Both the position numbers and the translations under genes were made by a program. This document shows, piece after piece, positions 16,574 to 26,155 of a DNA stretch of 64,000 nt. The notes under the pieces are model-generated. The model made no database searches. It saw only the letters and a list, made by a program, of their open reading frames with translations, and was not told the DNA's origin. Positions within the stretch are counted from its first letter, which is position 1. Each line of letters starts with the position of its first letter. The stretch is from a virus: IMG/VR virus record IMGVR_UViG_3300048813_000107, positions 1-64,000 of that record. One strand, written 5' to 3'.

Positions 16574-17767
16574 GTGCCCGACAGAATTGCCACGCCGGTA
16601 CTGTGGCCACGTTTCACCGAGGCCCCGACCGTGCCGCTCCGCCGGCTGCGCACTGATACTGAGCCTGCCAGGCCTCCCTGGGACTGGTTCCGGCCGTCGC
16701 TGCCTAAGAAGGCATACCGGAAGGTAGTCGCGATCGTTCCTGCCTGCAACGAAGCTGACGCGATCACTGCGACAGTCCGGGCCTTGCGGCAGCAGAGCCG
16801 CGCTCCTGACCGCATCGTGGTGGCGGTGAATAACACCACCGACAACACCGCCGGGCTGGCCCGTGAAGCTGGGGCCGAGGTGATGATCCTCGCGGACAAC
16901 AAGTTCATGAAGGCCGGGGCGATGAACCAGGCCCTCGACGCGGTGATGCCGGGTCTTGATGACGAGGACATGGTGCTGATCCAGGATGCCGATACCTGCC
17001 TGAATCCGGACTTCACGAAGTACGCCGTCGAGGCCATGCGGCCTGGCATCGGCGGGGTGTGCGCCCGGTACGACAACCCGGCCCCCCGCAACCTCATCGA
17101 GCGGCTCCAGGCCAGCGAGTTCACCCGGTCGCGCCGGAAGATCTCGCGGGCCCGCGGGAAGGTCCTGATCCTGGTCGGCATCGCGACCCTGTTCCGGGTC
17201 GGGGTCCTGCGCCACGTCCTGGCCGCCCGCGAGGCCGGGGAGCTGCCTGGCAGCCGCACCTACTACAACCTGACCTCGCTGTGCGAGGACTACGAGATGA
17301 CCCTGGCCATGCGGACGCTCGGGTACAGGCTGACCAGCCCCGCCCGGTGCCGGCCGCTGACCCACGCGATGCCGACCCTGGGCAAGCTGCACGGCCAGCG
17401 GGTGCGGTGGACCCGCGGGGCCCTGGATGACCTCCAGGCCTACGGCCTGACCGGGATCACCCGGACCTACATCCTGGCGCAGGTAGGCCGTCTGCTTTCC
17501 ATGCTCTCGCCGGTCCTGTTCGCGGCCTACCTGCTCTCGCTCCAGCTCACCTACGGGCGCATCGTGTGGGACCTGCCCTGGGTGTGCGTCAATGCCCTGT
17601 TCATCGGCGAGCGGGTCATCACCGTGCGCTCAGCCGGCTGGAGGGCCATGCTGCTCTCGGTGCTGCTGCTGCCGGAGCTGGCTTACGACTGGTTCATGGC
17701 TGCGTGCTACCTGCAGGGACTGGTGCTGCACCTTCGCGGCACCGCCCCGGTATGGAAGGAGACCTGA
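16574..17767 (+). CDS. Processive GT2 polysaccharide synthase (IcaA/PgaC-like)
   Basis: VPACNE, KAGAMN, DADT, CED, QRVRW (D,D,D,QxxRW) and C-terminal TM helices. Confidence 0.92.
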   Translation: MPDRIATPVLWPRFTEAPTVPLRRLRTDTEPARPPWDWFRPSLPKKAYRKVVAIVPACNEADAITATVRALRQQSRAPDRIVVAVNNTTDNTAGLAREAGAEVMILADNKFMKAGAMNQALDAVMPGLDDEDMVLIQDADTCLNPDFTKYAVEAMRPGIGGVCARYDNPAPRNLIERLQASEFTRSRRKISRARGKVLILVGIATLFRVGVLRHVLAAREAGELPGSRTYYNLTSLCEDYEMTLAMRTLGYRLTSPARCRPLTHAMPTLGKLHGQRVRWTRGALDDLQAYGLTGITRTYILAQVGRLLSMLSPVLFAAYLLSLQLTYGRIVWDLPWVCVNALFIGERVITVRSAGWRAMLLSVLLLPELAYDWFMAACYLQGLVLHLRGTAPVWKET

Positions 17768-17922
17768 TGTTCGGCGACACGATGACGCCGGATACGGCCC
17801 CCGGCATCCTCGGGCTGCTCGTGCTGCTGGTGACCCTGCTTTTCATCGGGCTGGCCCTGAACAGCCTAATGCCCCGCCCGGAGTGGCTGTACCGCCTGCT
17901 CACCAGGGAGAGGCACCGGTGA
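17767..17922 (+). CDS. Small single-TM protein (possible IcaD/PgaD analogue)
   Basis: 51 aa, ILGLLVLLVTLLFIGLAL; coupled to both neighbours. Confidence 0.6.
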   Translation: MFGDTMTPDTAPGILGLLVLLVTLLFIGLALNSLMPRPEWLYRLLTRERHR

Positions 17923-19028
17923 TATCTCCCCCGGCGCACCGCGGCATGCGGCGCTACCTGCTCGGCATCCCCGGCTCGATTCTTGGCCTCGCCGTCGTCG
18001 CCATCATTGTCGTCTCCGTCTGGCATCCCGGCACGAACCCGGCCGGGCCGGGGGCAAGCACCGACGGCGGCGGGCTGCCGGGAGCGCACCCGGGAGCGGT
18101 AACGGTCACCGTCCCGTACGTCCGCACCTACGTCCGCAAGGTCGCCCGCATCCCGGTGCTGGCCTGGCACCAGGTCATCGGCGGGGTCGCGGCGACGCCG
18201 GCCGAGGACGTGATCTGGAACTTCGGCAGGGACTGCAAGCCGTCCGCCGCGGTCTGCGATGCGCCGGGCAATCCCGAGACGGTCAGCCTGGCCCAGCTCG
18301 GCGCGGAGCTGGGATGGCTGAAGCAGCAGGGCTACCACTCCATCACGGCCGCCCAGTACTACGCCTGGGACGAGGGAAAAAGAGTCGCGCTACCGTCAAG
18401 GCCCATCTTGCTGACCATTGACGACGGCACGCTGAACTCCTACGTGAACGTCACCGCCGTGCTCCAGGAGTACGGCTACAGCATGGTCGCCTTTATCGTC
18501 AGCCAGTTCGCTGACGGGGCGGCCGCGAACCAGGAGCCGTACGCAGGGTGGGATGCCACCTGGGCGCAGCTGAAGGCACTGCCTGCTGCCCAGTGGTCTT
18601 TCGCCTTTCATGCCGGGGCGCACGGCCACAACGTGACGTTCCCGGATAACCCCGGCTGCACGTACTACTACCCGTGCCAGCTGCCGGGCGAGACGACCGC
18701 GCAGTATGAGCAGCGGGTGTCTGGTGAGATCAGCGCGGGCCGCAGGGCGGAGATGGCCGAGCTGGGCGCGCGGTTCGACACGGACATGTGGGCCGTGCCG
18801 TGGAACGATCTCGGCAACCAGCCGAACCTGCCCAGCGAGGGCACGGCGGGAACCTGGCTGGCGTCATGGGCGGCCACCCGGTTCCCGGTCATCTTCATCC
18901 AGGACCCGCTGCACAACGGGAAGCAGCACGAGCGGTACCGGCTGGAGATCCAGGGCACCTGGTCCCTGAAGACGTTCAAGAACAACTTCCTCAGCAATGC
19001 CCGGGACGGATTTTTCAACGCGAGATGA
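17919..19028 (+). CDS. Membrane-anchored polysaccharide deacetylase (CE4, IcaB/PgaB-like)
   Basis: N-terminal TM, IPVLAWHQV, LTIDDG, HAGAHGH, AVPW. Confidence 0.88.
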   Translation: MISPPAHRGMRRYLLGIPGSILGLAVVAIIVVSVWHPGTNPAGPGASTDGGGLPGAHPGAVTVTVPYVRTYVRKVARIPVLAWHQVIGGVAATPAEDVIWNFGRDCKPSAAVCDAPGNPETVSLAQLGAELGWLKQQGYHSITAAQYYAWDEGKRVALPSRPILLTIDDGTLNSYVNVTAVLQEYGYSMVAFIVSQFADGAAANQEPYAGWDATWAQLKALPAAQWSFAFHAGAHGHNVTFPDNPGCTYYYPCQLPGETTAQYEQRVSGEISAGRRAEMAELGARFDTDMWAVPWNDLGNQPNLPSEGTAGTWLASWAATRFPVIFIQDPLHNGKQHERYRLEIQGTWSLKTFKNNFLSNARDGFFNAR

Positions 19029-19930
19029 CGGCGGGGAACGGGGAGTACACCCGCCGGCGGGCTCTCATGATGGGCCTGGCAGCACTAGACACCGTAGTTA
19101 TCGGCAGCGACGACACGCAAGGAGCCCCCATGACCGAGCAATCGACAGGCCCGGCGGTCTTTTCCCCGGACGGAAGCCACACGCATTCCGTCCCTACTCC
19201 GGCCCCGGTGCCGGCGCCGGTACCAATACCAAAGCCCTACACCTTCTTCGATGAGTTCAGCGGCGCGGCGGGCACCGCACCGGATCCGGCGAAGTGGGCT
19301 CCGCAGACCGGCCGGGGAATATGGGGAACCGGGGAGGTCGAGAACATGATCAACTCGACCACCACCGCTTACGTGGACGGGAACAGCAACCTTGTCATCG
19401 CGCTGGCCAGCGACGGTCAGGGCGGCTTCAACGGTGCCCGGCTGAACAGCAAGTTCAGCGGCTCGTACGGCACGTGGGTCATGCGCGCGCAGGTCCCTGT
19501 TGCTCTCGGCGCGTGGCCCGCGCTGTGGTTCATGGGCAACAAGGGGCAGTGGCCGGCTAACGGCGAGGTGGATCTGGTCGAGATCTACGGGCCGAACGTC
19601 AACGGCGGTCAGCTCCAGACCACCGTCCACAGCAGCGGGGCGAACGGCCAGCCCAGCTACTATGCCAACCGCGCTACGGACGGGAAGTTTCACGTCTACC
19701 AGATGGTCTACTCGGAGACTGGTTTCGTGTTCTCAGAGGACGGCACCCAGTACCTCGCCGTCGCCGAGTCGCAATTCCCGGCCGGCGGATACCCCTTCAA
19801 CGGCAACGGCGGGATGTACTGCATCCTCAACGTCGCAGCTGGCGGGGAAGGTCCTGGCGGGGCAGTCCCGCTGGCAGATGAGCTGCCGATCAGGATGCTC
19901 ATCGATTACGTCCACTTCACGGCGGCGTGA
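19025..19930 (+). CDS. Glycoside hydrolase family 16
   Basis: FFDEF, WPALW, catalytic EVDLVE, FHVY, MLIDYV; Tat-like TRRRAL N-terminus. Confidence 0.9.
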   Translation: MTAGNGEYTRRRALMMGLAALDTVVIGSDDTQGAPMTEQSTGPAVFSPDGSHTHSVPTPAPVPAPVPIPKPYTFFDEFSGAAGTAPDPAKWAPQTGRGIWGTGEVENMINSTTTAYVDGNSNLVIALASDGQGGFNGARLNSKFSGSYGTWVMRAQVPVALGAWPALWFMGNKGQWPANGEVDLVEIYGPNVNGGQLQTTVHSSGANGQPSYYANRATDGKFHVYQMVYSETGFVFSEDGTQYLAVAESQFPAGGYPFNGNGGMYCILNVAAGGEGPGGAVPLADELPIRMLIDYVHFTAA

Positions 19931-19931
19931 C

Positions 19932-20480
19932 ATGCCGCCGCCGCCGGCCGGGAAGCATCAGCGCAAGAGATGGCGGCAGGCTGGCCTCTGGCTCCTCGCC
20001 GGCACCGCGGCGGGTGTTATCGTCACGGGCGCTGCTGTCGTCGTGCCGGGCGCCCGCCATGAGGTGGCCAGCGTGGCGGCCAGCGTGGTGCATCGTCATG
20101 GCGGGAACAGCAAGACCGCATCCCCGCCGCAGGTGACGCCGGCCATGCGGGTGCCTTTCGCCGCTCGCGTCGTGGCGGATCCGTCCCCGGCCAGGGCGGC
20201 AAGGGCGGCTGCCACGCCGAAACCTTCCAGGGTGCCAGCCAGCACACCGGTGCCGGGTGCTAGTCCGAACCCGGCCACCAGCCCTACCGCAACACGGCGG
20301 ACCCAGACGCCGACCAGCCCGCCGCCGATCCTGAACACAACCGCCACCAGCAGCCCGACCACCTCGAGCCCGAGCCCGACGCCCGACCACGGCCCGACCA
20401 CGACGCTCTCGTCCTCGCCGCCAGTTAGCCCGCCCGTCTCGGCGACTTCCAGTGCTCCGGCAAGCCCCCCGGCGTCCTGA
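19932..20480 (+). CDS. Membrane-anchored Pro/Ser/Thr-rich protein
   Basis: Basic N-terminus, one TM, low-complexity P/S/T tail. Confidence 0.7.
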   Translation: MPPPPAGKHQRKRWRQAGLWLLAGTAAGVIVTGAAVVVPGARHEVASVAASVVHRHGGNSKTASPPQVTPAMRVPFAARVVADPSPARAARAAATPKPSRVPASTPVPGASPNPATSPTATRRTQTPTSPPPILNTTATSSPTTSSPSPTPDHGPTTTLSSSPPVSPPVSATSSAPASPPAS

Positions 20481-20512
20481 CTGGGTGATACCCCGTTTCC
20501 GGGCATGACGAA

Positions 20513-20553
20513 AACGCCCCGCCGCTGCCCGGTAAAGGCAGCGGCGGGGCGTT
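20513..20553. terminator. Bidirectional terminator between left arm and late operon
   Basis: Perfect 17-bp stem AACGCCCCGCCGCTGCC/GGCAGCGGCGGGGCGTT. Confidence 0.9.
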
Positions 20554-20569
20554 CGTCGTTACGGCTGAG

Positions 20570-20929
20570 TCAGGCGGCCTTCAGCGCGGCCGAGGCGAGA
20601 GCCAGCGCGCTCTGCCCTGCCGCGATGGCCTTGGGAACCAGCGCCCTCACGGCGGCGAACAGGGCAGCGTCAGCGGGGTCTACGAGGTCCAGCAGCGCCA
20701 TGGCGTCGCCGCTGAAGTCCAGGATCAGGCTAGCGTGGCCGGTCAGGAAGCTCCGGGAGTCCGCTGCGATGGCGGCGAGGTCAGCCTCGGCGTGCTGGCC
20801 GTGGCCGTGGAACCAGTCGGCGACGTGACCGAGCGGCCCCTCATGCGGCGCGGGTGCGGCAGGTGACGGGGGCACGGCGGTCGGGGGCGTGATCACCGGA
20901 GCTGAAGGCTCGGGTGCGGAGATGGACAT
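20570..20929 (-). CDS. Hypothetical protein
   Basis: AAAGGA RBS; last gene of late region. Confidence 0.7.
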   Translation of the reverse strand: MSISAPEPSAPVITPPTAVPPSPAAPAPHEGPLGHVADWFHGHGQHAEADLAAIAADSRSFLTGHASLILDFSGDAMALLDLVDPADAALFAAVRALVPKAIAAGQSALALASAALKAA

Positions 20930-20957
20930 GGCTGTCCTTTCATGCGGTGGAGGGGGT

Positions 20958-22952
20958 TCAGGCGGTCAGGCCCGCGAACGCCCCCCCGCGGGCAGGAGTG
21001 ACGGGCGGGCAGGTGAACGTGTCGGTCTGGGTGACCCTGGCGACCTGTGCGTCAGCGTCCCAGCCGGTGAACGACACGGTGATCGTGTGCCCGTCGTCGG
21101 TGATCTGGATCCGGCCGTACAGCGCGCAGCTGCCGCCGGAATTGTCCCAGAAGCTGTTCCACACGCTGGTGTTGAGGCCGCCGCCCGTGTTGGCCATCGG
21201 GGCCGCGCAGTACACCGGGAAGCCGCCCCAGGAGTTGTCAGCCCCGGTGATGGTGCCCACGAGGTGGCTGTCCCCGTGCCACCACATGAGCTGGCCGGCC
21301 TGCGCGGCGTTCGCGGCGATGAAGGCCATGATCGCGCTGCGCTCGGTGGAGTAGTTCCACCACTTGTCCTGGCCCTCGCTGTCGAGCAGCGTGCTGGCCG
21401 GCCCGGCCCACTGGGTGTCCCCCACGATGATCTTGAGCGGCTCGGGCTGGATCAGCTCGGACTCAAGCCACGCCAGCTGCTGCGCGCCCAGCATCGTCTT
21501 GCTGCCGTTGTCGGTGTTCGCTCCGGGCGAGCGGTCGATCGAGCGGATGTCGATCATGATGAAGCGGACCCGGCCGCACACCCAGGACTGCCACAGCCCG
21601 TGGACGGGGGAGTTTACCGTGTCGCCGAGGGTGGCCATCGGGTAGACCTGCTGCGCCGCGGCGATGTTGCACGGGATGTAGGGCACCGCGGAGGCGGGCC
21701 CGCTGTCGCCGTTGTCCGGGCCGGCCTCGTGGTCGCTGCGGCAGTAGTAGCCCCACGCGCGGCCGTGCATCATGCTGTAGCTGCTCGGGTAGCCCGCGGC
21801 CGCCGAAGCGCTCGACCCCACGCCGGTCAGCGCGATCTGCGTCTCGTAGACCTGCGTCTGCGTGAAGCTGTCCAGGGCCTCGGTGTCGCTGTAACTCTGG
21901 TCGCCGGTGAAGATGTTCAGGTCCGCATTCCACGCCGTCCAGTCGTCGATGGCAGCGGTGTCGGTGGCCTGCGGGATCACGCATGAGACCAGGGCCACCC
22001 GGAACGACTGCGGCGAGCCGGCCGGCGGGAGGGTCTTGCACATCCCGATCGGGCCGAGCGGCGTCTCACCGCCGCCGCTGGGCGTGTTGGCCAGCTGGTA
22101 GTAGTACTGCGTCCCGGGCGAGAGGTTCGCGGCGGTGTGGCGGACGTAGCCGTAGGCGTCCGGGGTCTGCGCGGCGGCATAGGTGACACCGGTGGTGAGC
22201 GCCGCATTGGTGGCCACCTTCAGGCGCACGGTGAACGCCCCGGCCAGCTTGGACACCACCTGGAACTGATTGCCCGTCGGCGCCCCCGCGACGGATTGCC
22301 GCCACGTCGCGGGCAGCGCACCCTGCGCGGCGATCGTCATGACCTGCACAGCCCACGTCGTGCTGGTGATCGTGGCGCTGGCCGTCACCGCGGCTGCGGA
22401 CGCCAGAGCCTGGCAGGCGACGGTCAGGTACGCATTCCCGCTGGTGTGGACCTGCGCTACCTGCGTCCACCCGCCGGGCAGCGTGGGAGCACCTCCGCCG
22501 CTGCCGCTGGAGAACGTGGCGATCGCGAGCTCGGAGGAGCTCCCCAGTGCGGCGTTCGTCACCGCTGACGGGCTGGTGCTGCTGCCGCCGGCCTGGCCGT
22601 ACTGGTCGAGCAGCGTGCCCGTCGTAGCGGCCCCGTGGACGCCGGCGACAGCCAGCTCTTTCGTGTCGGTGCTGTTGGAGAACAGCACGCTGATCGTGTC
22701 GCTGGTGCTGAGCGCGTTCGCGTCCTGGCAGTAGAACTGCCACACGCCCTGGCTGCTGATTCCCTGCTGGACGATGCTGTAGACGTTGCCCTGCGTATCG
22801 CTGACCAGCCAGACGTTTACCCCGACCGCACCGCCTGTGCTTGCGGACAGGACGATCGTGTCGCCCGCCGCGACTGCGCTGGTGATCGCGGCGGTGACCG
22901 TCGATGCGGTCGACGGTGCCGCAGTCCCGGCCTCGTAGACGGTGTAGGTCAA
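20958..22952 (-). CDS. PhoD-like metallophosphatase fused to N-terminal tail-type beta-sandwich domains
   Basis: VSC, GDQSYSD, SDHE..DN, DIRS, MLGAQQLAWL, GDSH; TTG start overlaps upstream stop (TTGA). Confidence 0.85.
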   Translation of the reverse strand: MTYTVYEAGTAAPSTASTVTAAITSAVAAGDTIVLSASTGGAVGVNVWLVSDTQGNVYSIVQQGISSQGVWQFYCQDANALSTSDTISVLFSNSTDTKELAVAGVHGAATTGTLLDQYGQAGGSSTSPSAVTNAALGSSSELAIATFSSGSGGGAPTLPGGWTQVAQVHTSGNAYLTVACQALASAAAVTASATITSTTWAVQVMTIAAQGALPATWRQSVAGAPTGNQFQVVSKLAGAFTVRLKVATNAALTTGVTYAAAQTPDAYGYVRHTAANLSPGTQYYYQLANTPSGGGETPLGPIGMCKTLPPAGSPQSFRVALVSCVIPQATDTAAIDDWTAWNADLNIFTGDQSYSDTEALDSFTQTQVYETQIALTGVGSSASAAAGYPSSYSMMHGRAWGYYCRSDHEAGPDNGDSGPASAVPYIPCNIAAAQQVYPMATLGDTVNSPVHGLWQSWVCGRVRFIMIDIRSIDRSPGANTDNGSKTMLGAQQLAWLESELIQPEPLKIIVGDTQWAGPASTLLDSEGQDKWWNYSTERSAIMAFIAANAAQAGQLMWWHGDSHLVGTITGADNSWGGFPVYCAAPMANTGGGLNTSVWNSFWDNSGGSCALYGRIQITDDGHTITVSFTGWDADAQVARVTQTDTFTCPPVTPARGGAFAGLTA

Positions 22953-24499
22953 GGCCCGACCGCCATCCACAGCGCGCCCGCCGTGCTGCTCATGGCCGAC
23001 ATGGTGACCGACGCGGGCGGGGACGTGAGAGTACTCCCGGCCGACGCCGCCTTCAGCGTCACCGCAGCGGCCGAGCAGCCGAGGTTGACCACTGCGGCGC
23101 TGGACGCGATCCCGGACCGGAACACTGGCATCGTGCCCGCCGAGCCGATGAGGATCGCCCCGTAGTAGTCCCCCGCGGCCAGCGCGGGACCGGAAACCCA
23201 CGGGACGGTCCACAAGGACGCGCTGGTGGTCAGGGCCGTGTCGGCGGACCGCTGGGCGGACTGGGCGACGATCGTGCCGGAAACACTGAACAGCACGGCG
23301 TAGACGTTGGCGGGGGTGGCCCCGGCGGTGCTGATGAAGGCGTAGAAGCTGCCGCTGGTGCCGCCCTCAGGCACGCGGAGGCGGGTGCACTGCAGGACTC
23401 CGGCGGTCGGCGTGAACGTGGTGGCCGCGAACACGAACGGCATCGTGAGCCCGAGTATGGTCCCGAGGCCGCCCATCGCCCCGTACGTGTCCGGGTGGAC
23501 GTGCCCGGCGTCGGCCCACTTGCCGGTCGCGCCGGCCGCCTGGGCTCCCGCCGCGGCGAAGTCGGCGGCGGTGGAGTCCGCCGCGGTGAACGCCGGCGGG
23601 GCCGAGCCGCCCGCCCCCATGAGCAGGGTGCCCGCCGCCCCCGCAGCGATCTGCTGGAGGGTTCCTGTGCTCGTGGTGCCGGCTGCGAGCAGCTCGTACG
23701 CGGTCAGGGCAGCCAGCCCGGTCCCGCCCTGGGCCACGGTGGCCGGGGTCGCGTTCACCGACTGCGGGACGAAGCCGACGCAGTACCAGGTGGTCGTGGC
23801 CAGGTCGTAGCGGAACGCGATGAAGTCGTGATAGGCCGGGGTGGCGGACAGGACCGGCGTGCCGATCGAGGCGGGGAAGCTGTAGGCCGAGCCGTAGGCC
23901 AGGGTCCGGGAGCCGGTGGCGTCCTGGATCACCTCGAACGCGATGGCCTGGCCATCGGCCGGGTTCGACGGGTTGGCCAGCGTCCGGTTACCGCCGAGGG
24001 TGACCCGGAAGACATTCGACAGCGCCGCGTTGACCACGATCGAGGAAGCGTCGGTCAGGGCCGAGGGGACGGTGCTGAACGCCCCGGTGACCGCGCCCCC
24101 GGTGAGCTGCAGGAACAGCGCCTCCAGCTGCGTCAGCGGCAGGTCATCCGCCAGCACCGTCCAGACAGCTGAACCGCTGTCGTACTCGAACAGCACGCCC
24201 TGGCTCGCCAGCGTCAGCGAGTCCGTCGTAGAGCCGCCCGGCTTGTTGATCACGTCCGAGCCCTGGCACTGCACCGTCACCGAGTTCCCGGTGCCCAGGA
24301 TGACCTGTTTCACCGCGTTCAGCGTGGACGACGCCGGGGCCTGCGGCAGCTTCACGGTCCCGCTGCCGCTGGTCGTGTCCACGGCGGTGATCTCGTCCGC
24401 CAGCGCGGTATGGGCCGCGCCGGGAGACGGGACCGTGAACAGGACGCGGGTCAGCGTCAGGCCGCCGCCGCCGGGGTCGGCGGGAGGGTAGAGGGGCAT
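22949..24499 (-). CDS. Minor tail/fibre protein
   Basis: Ala/Thr/Gly rich; VTLGGNRTLANPSN, VAQGGTG, DAGHVHP fibre motifs. Confidence 0.75.
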   Translation of the reverse strand: MPLYPPADPGGGGLTLTRVLFTVPSPGAAHTALADEITAVDTTSGSGTVKLPQAPASSTLNAVKQVILGTGNSVTVQCQGSDVINKPGGSTTDSLTLASQGVLFEYDSGSAVWTVLADDLPLTQLEALFLQLTGGAVTGAFSTVPSALTDASSIVVNAALSNVFRVTLGGNRTLANPSNPADGQAIAFEVIQDATGSRTLAYGSAYSFPASIGTPVLSATPAYHDFIAFRYDLATTTWYCVGFVPQSVNATPATVAQGGTGLAALTAYELLAAGTTSTGTLQQIAAGAAGTLLMGAGGSAPPAFTAADSTAADFAAAGAQAAGATGKWADAGHVHPDTYGAMGGLGTILGLTMPFVFAATTFTPTAGVLQCTRLRVPEGGTSGSFYAFISTAGATPANVYAVLFSVSGTIVAQSAQRSADTALTTSASLWTVPWVSGPALAAGDYYGAILIGSAGTMPVFRSGIASSAAVVNLGCSAAAVTLKAASAGSTLTSPPASVTMSAMSSTAGALWMAVGP

Positions 24500-24503
24500 C
24501 GTG

Positions 24504-24758
24504 TCACCAGCTCGTCAGTCGCGCGTAGCCGTTGGCCGACGTCCAGATTCCGTCGACTTCCCCCATGTAGAGGGGAAGCGGGAACTCGTAGTAGCCGCCC
24601 GCGGCGATCTGCACCGTGTAGTCAGAGGCGGAGGCCACGGCCCCGAACTTCAGGTAGAGGACTGACGTCGAGTCGTTGTAGACGGTGCGCCCGTCCATCG
24701 GCCCTCCGGTGAAGAGGGGGACACTGGCAGCGCTTGACGCCACGCTCGCTGTGGCCAT
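24504..24758 (-). CDS. Small virion beta-sandwich protein
   Basis: VYNDSTSVLYLKFG; AGGAGG RBS. Confidence 0.7.
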   Translation of the reverse strand: MATASVASSAASVPLFTGGPMDGRTVYNDSTSVLYLKFGAVASASDYTVQIAAGGYYEFPLPLYMGEVDGIWTSANGYARLTSW

Positions 24759-24793
24759 TTACGCCTCCTGGCTAACTGTGCGGATCGAGAAGG

Positions 24794-25174
24794 TCAGGGA
24801 GCGGGAGTGCCCGCCAGTGAGTACAGGTCCACGCTCGACGGCGAGGCGGGCAGGAAGAAGTTCCAGCCGTCCGTCACGGTCGCATTGCTGCCGTTGGCGT
24901 GGATCGTGATGGTCACGGTCCAGAACCAGAACCCGCTGCGGCCCTCGATCGTCAGGCCCGTGCTCGCCGTCGACAGAAGCTCGAGCGTGCCGCCCTCGGC
25001 ACTGCGGAGCTGACCGCCGACGATCTGCGCGGCTATAGGGGTGTCCGGGGTCACGACGGGGCCGCCTGCGGCGTAGACCGTCTCGTTCGAGGTGAAGGTC
25101 ACCGTGCCGCTGGATACCGGCTGGTCGCTCGCATCAGTGAACGTCCCCGTAATGGTGATGTAGGTCGCGGCCAC
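24794..25174 (-). CDS. Putative minor tail protein
   Basis: ITGTFTDASDQPVSSGTVTF beta pattern. Confidence 0.7.
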   Translation of the reverse strand: MAATYITITGTFTDASDQPVSSGTVTFTSNETVYAAGGPVVTPDTPIAAQIVGGQLRSAEGGTLELLSTASTGLTIEGRSGFWFWTVTITIHANGSNATVTDGWNFFLPASPSSVDLYSLAGTPAP

Positions 25175-25207
25175 GGCAGGCTCCTAGCTCACGGGATAAT
25201 GGACGGC

Positions 25208-25996
25208 ATGCCCGGTGACATCCTCGGCCTGATCGACGGCGCGCTCAGTGACTGGTCGGCCAGCGAGGACGCGATGCGGTGGCGGCCGGAAGGCGGCGAG
25301 GAACGAGAGCCGGCCCAGATGTCGTGGCGCCCGGCATTCACCCCGGTGCTTCCCTCCGCGTACGGCCTGATGGTGTCCGCTTCGGACGTGCAGGTGGGCA
25401 TGATGCTGCTGCAGCGCGTTGCCGGGGGCTACGAAGGCCGGCTTTACAAGCTGCCGCCCGGCGGCAGCGGCCAGATCCCGCTCGCGGACCTTGAGCTGGC
25501 CGGCACAGGCCTGTATGACGAGAACGGGACGCTGATCAGGGAGCTTTTAGCGAGACTTCGGCATCCGGCAGAAGGCCAGAAGCTCCGCCTCGGTGCCACT
25601 GAACAGGTCCGTGTCGACCGGCGAATCGCCCGCCTGCCAGAACGTCCAGGCCGTCCACGGCGCAGGCACGGCAGGCCGCTCAGCGCCGTAGTCCGCGATC
25701 CACAGATGCCAGGACTCCATCCCTGCGCAGTTGCCCGCCTCAGCGAACGCCGGGTAGGTGTACACCAGCACCCGGTGTCCCGGTGCGAGCTCGTTGACGG
25801 CCCGCAGGAACGTGACGGCAGATCCGGCGGTGAACTCCGGTGTCATCCCGTCTGCGGTCTCCAGGTCCAGGACGAAATTGTCACCCGGCAGCAGCCCGTG
25901 GGCCCGGACGGTGGCGACGAACCGCTGAGCCTGCGCCCGCGGATCCTCGGAGGGATGGAAGAAGTGGTACGAAAATCGGCAGAGCGTGGGCGATAG
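25208..25996 (+). CDS. Antisense inserted gene, hypothetical; frame runs on into the lysin gene
   Basis: GATAAT-7nt-ATG; fills the 25175-25546 gap; no stop until 25996. Confidence 0.5.
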   Translation: MPGDILGLIDGALSDWSASEDAMRWRPEGGEEREPAQMSWRPAFTPVLPSAYGLMVSASDVQVGMMLLQRVAGGYEGRLYKLPPGGSGQIPLADLELAGTGLYDENGTLIRELLARLRHPAEGQKLRLGATEQVRVDRRIARLPERPGRPRRRHGRPLSAVVRDPQMPGLHPCAVARLSERRVGVHQHPVSRCELVDGPQERDGRSGGELRCHPVCGLQVQDEIVTRQQPVGPDGGDEPLSLRPRILGGMEEVVRKSAERGR

Positions 25997-26155
25997 CTCC
26001 CACATCGCATCCCAATTTTCGGCGAAGTCCGGGTCCGTGAAGCCGAGACCTTCGGTGGCCTTGGCCATGCCGAAGGCGATCTTCCCGCGTTCGGCCGCCC
26101 AGGGCCAGCGCGCGCCCTGTGCATTGGAGATGTCGATACCCTGCGGTTCAGTCAT
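25547..26155 (-). CDS. Endolysin, GH25 muramidase (catalytic domain only)
   Basis: GIDIS, KATEG, YHF, LDLE, LWIADY, WTFWQ, VDTD. Confidence 0.92.
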   Translation of the reverse strand: MTEPQGIDISNAQGARWPWAAERGKIAFGMAKATEGLGFTDPDFAENWDAMWELSPTLCRFSYHFFHPSEDPRAQAQRFVATVRAHGLLPGDNFVLDLETADGMTPEFTAGSAVTFLRAVNELAPGHRVLVYTYPAFAEAGNCAGMESWHLWIADYGAERPAVPAPWTAWTFWQAGDSPVDTDLFSGTEAELLAFCRMPKSR

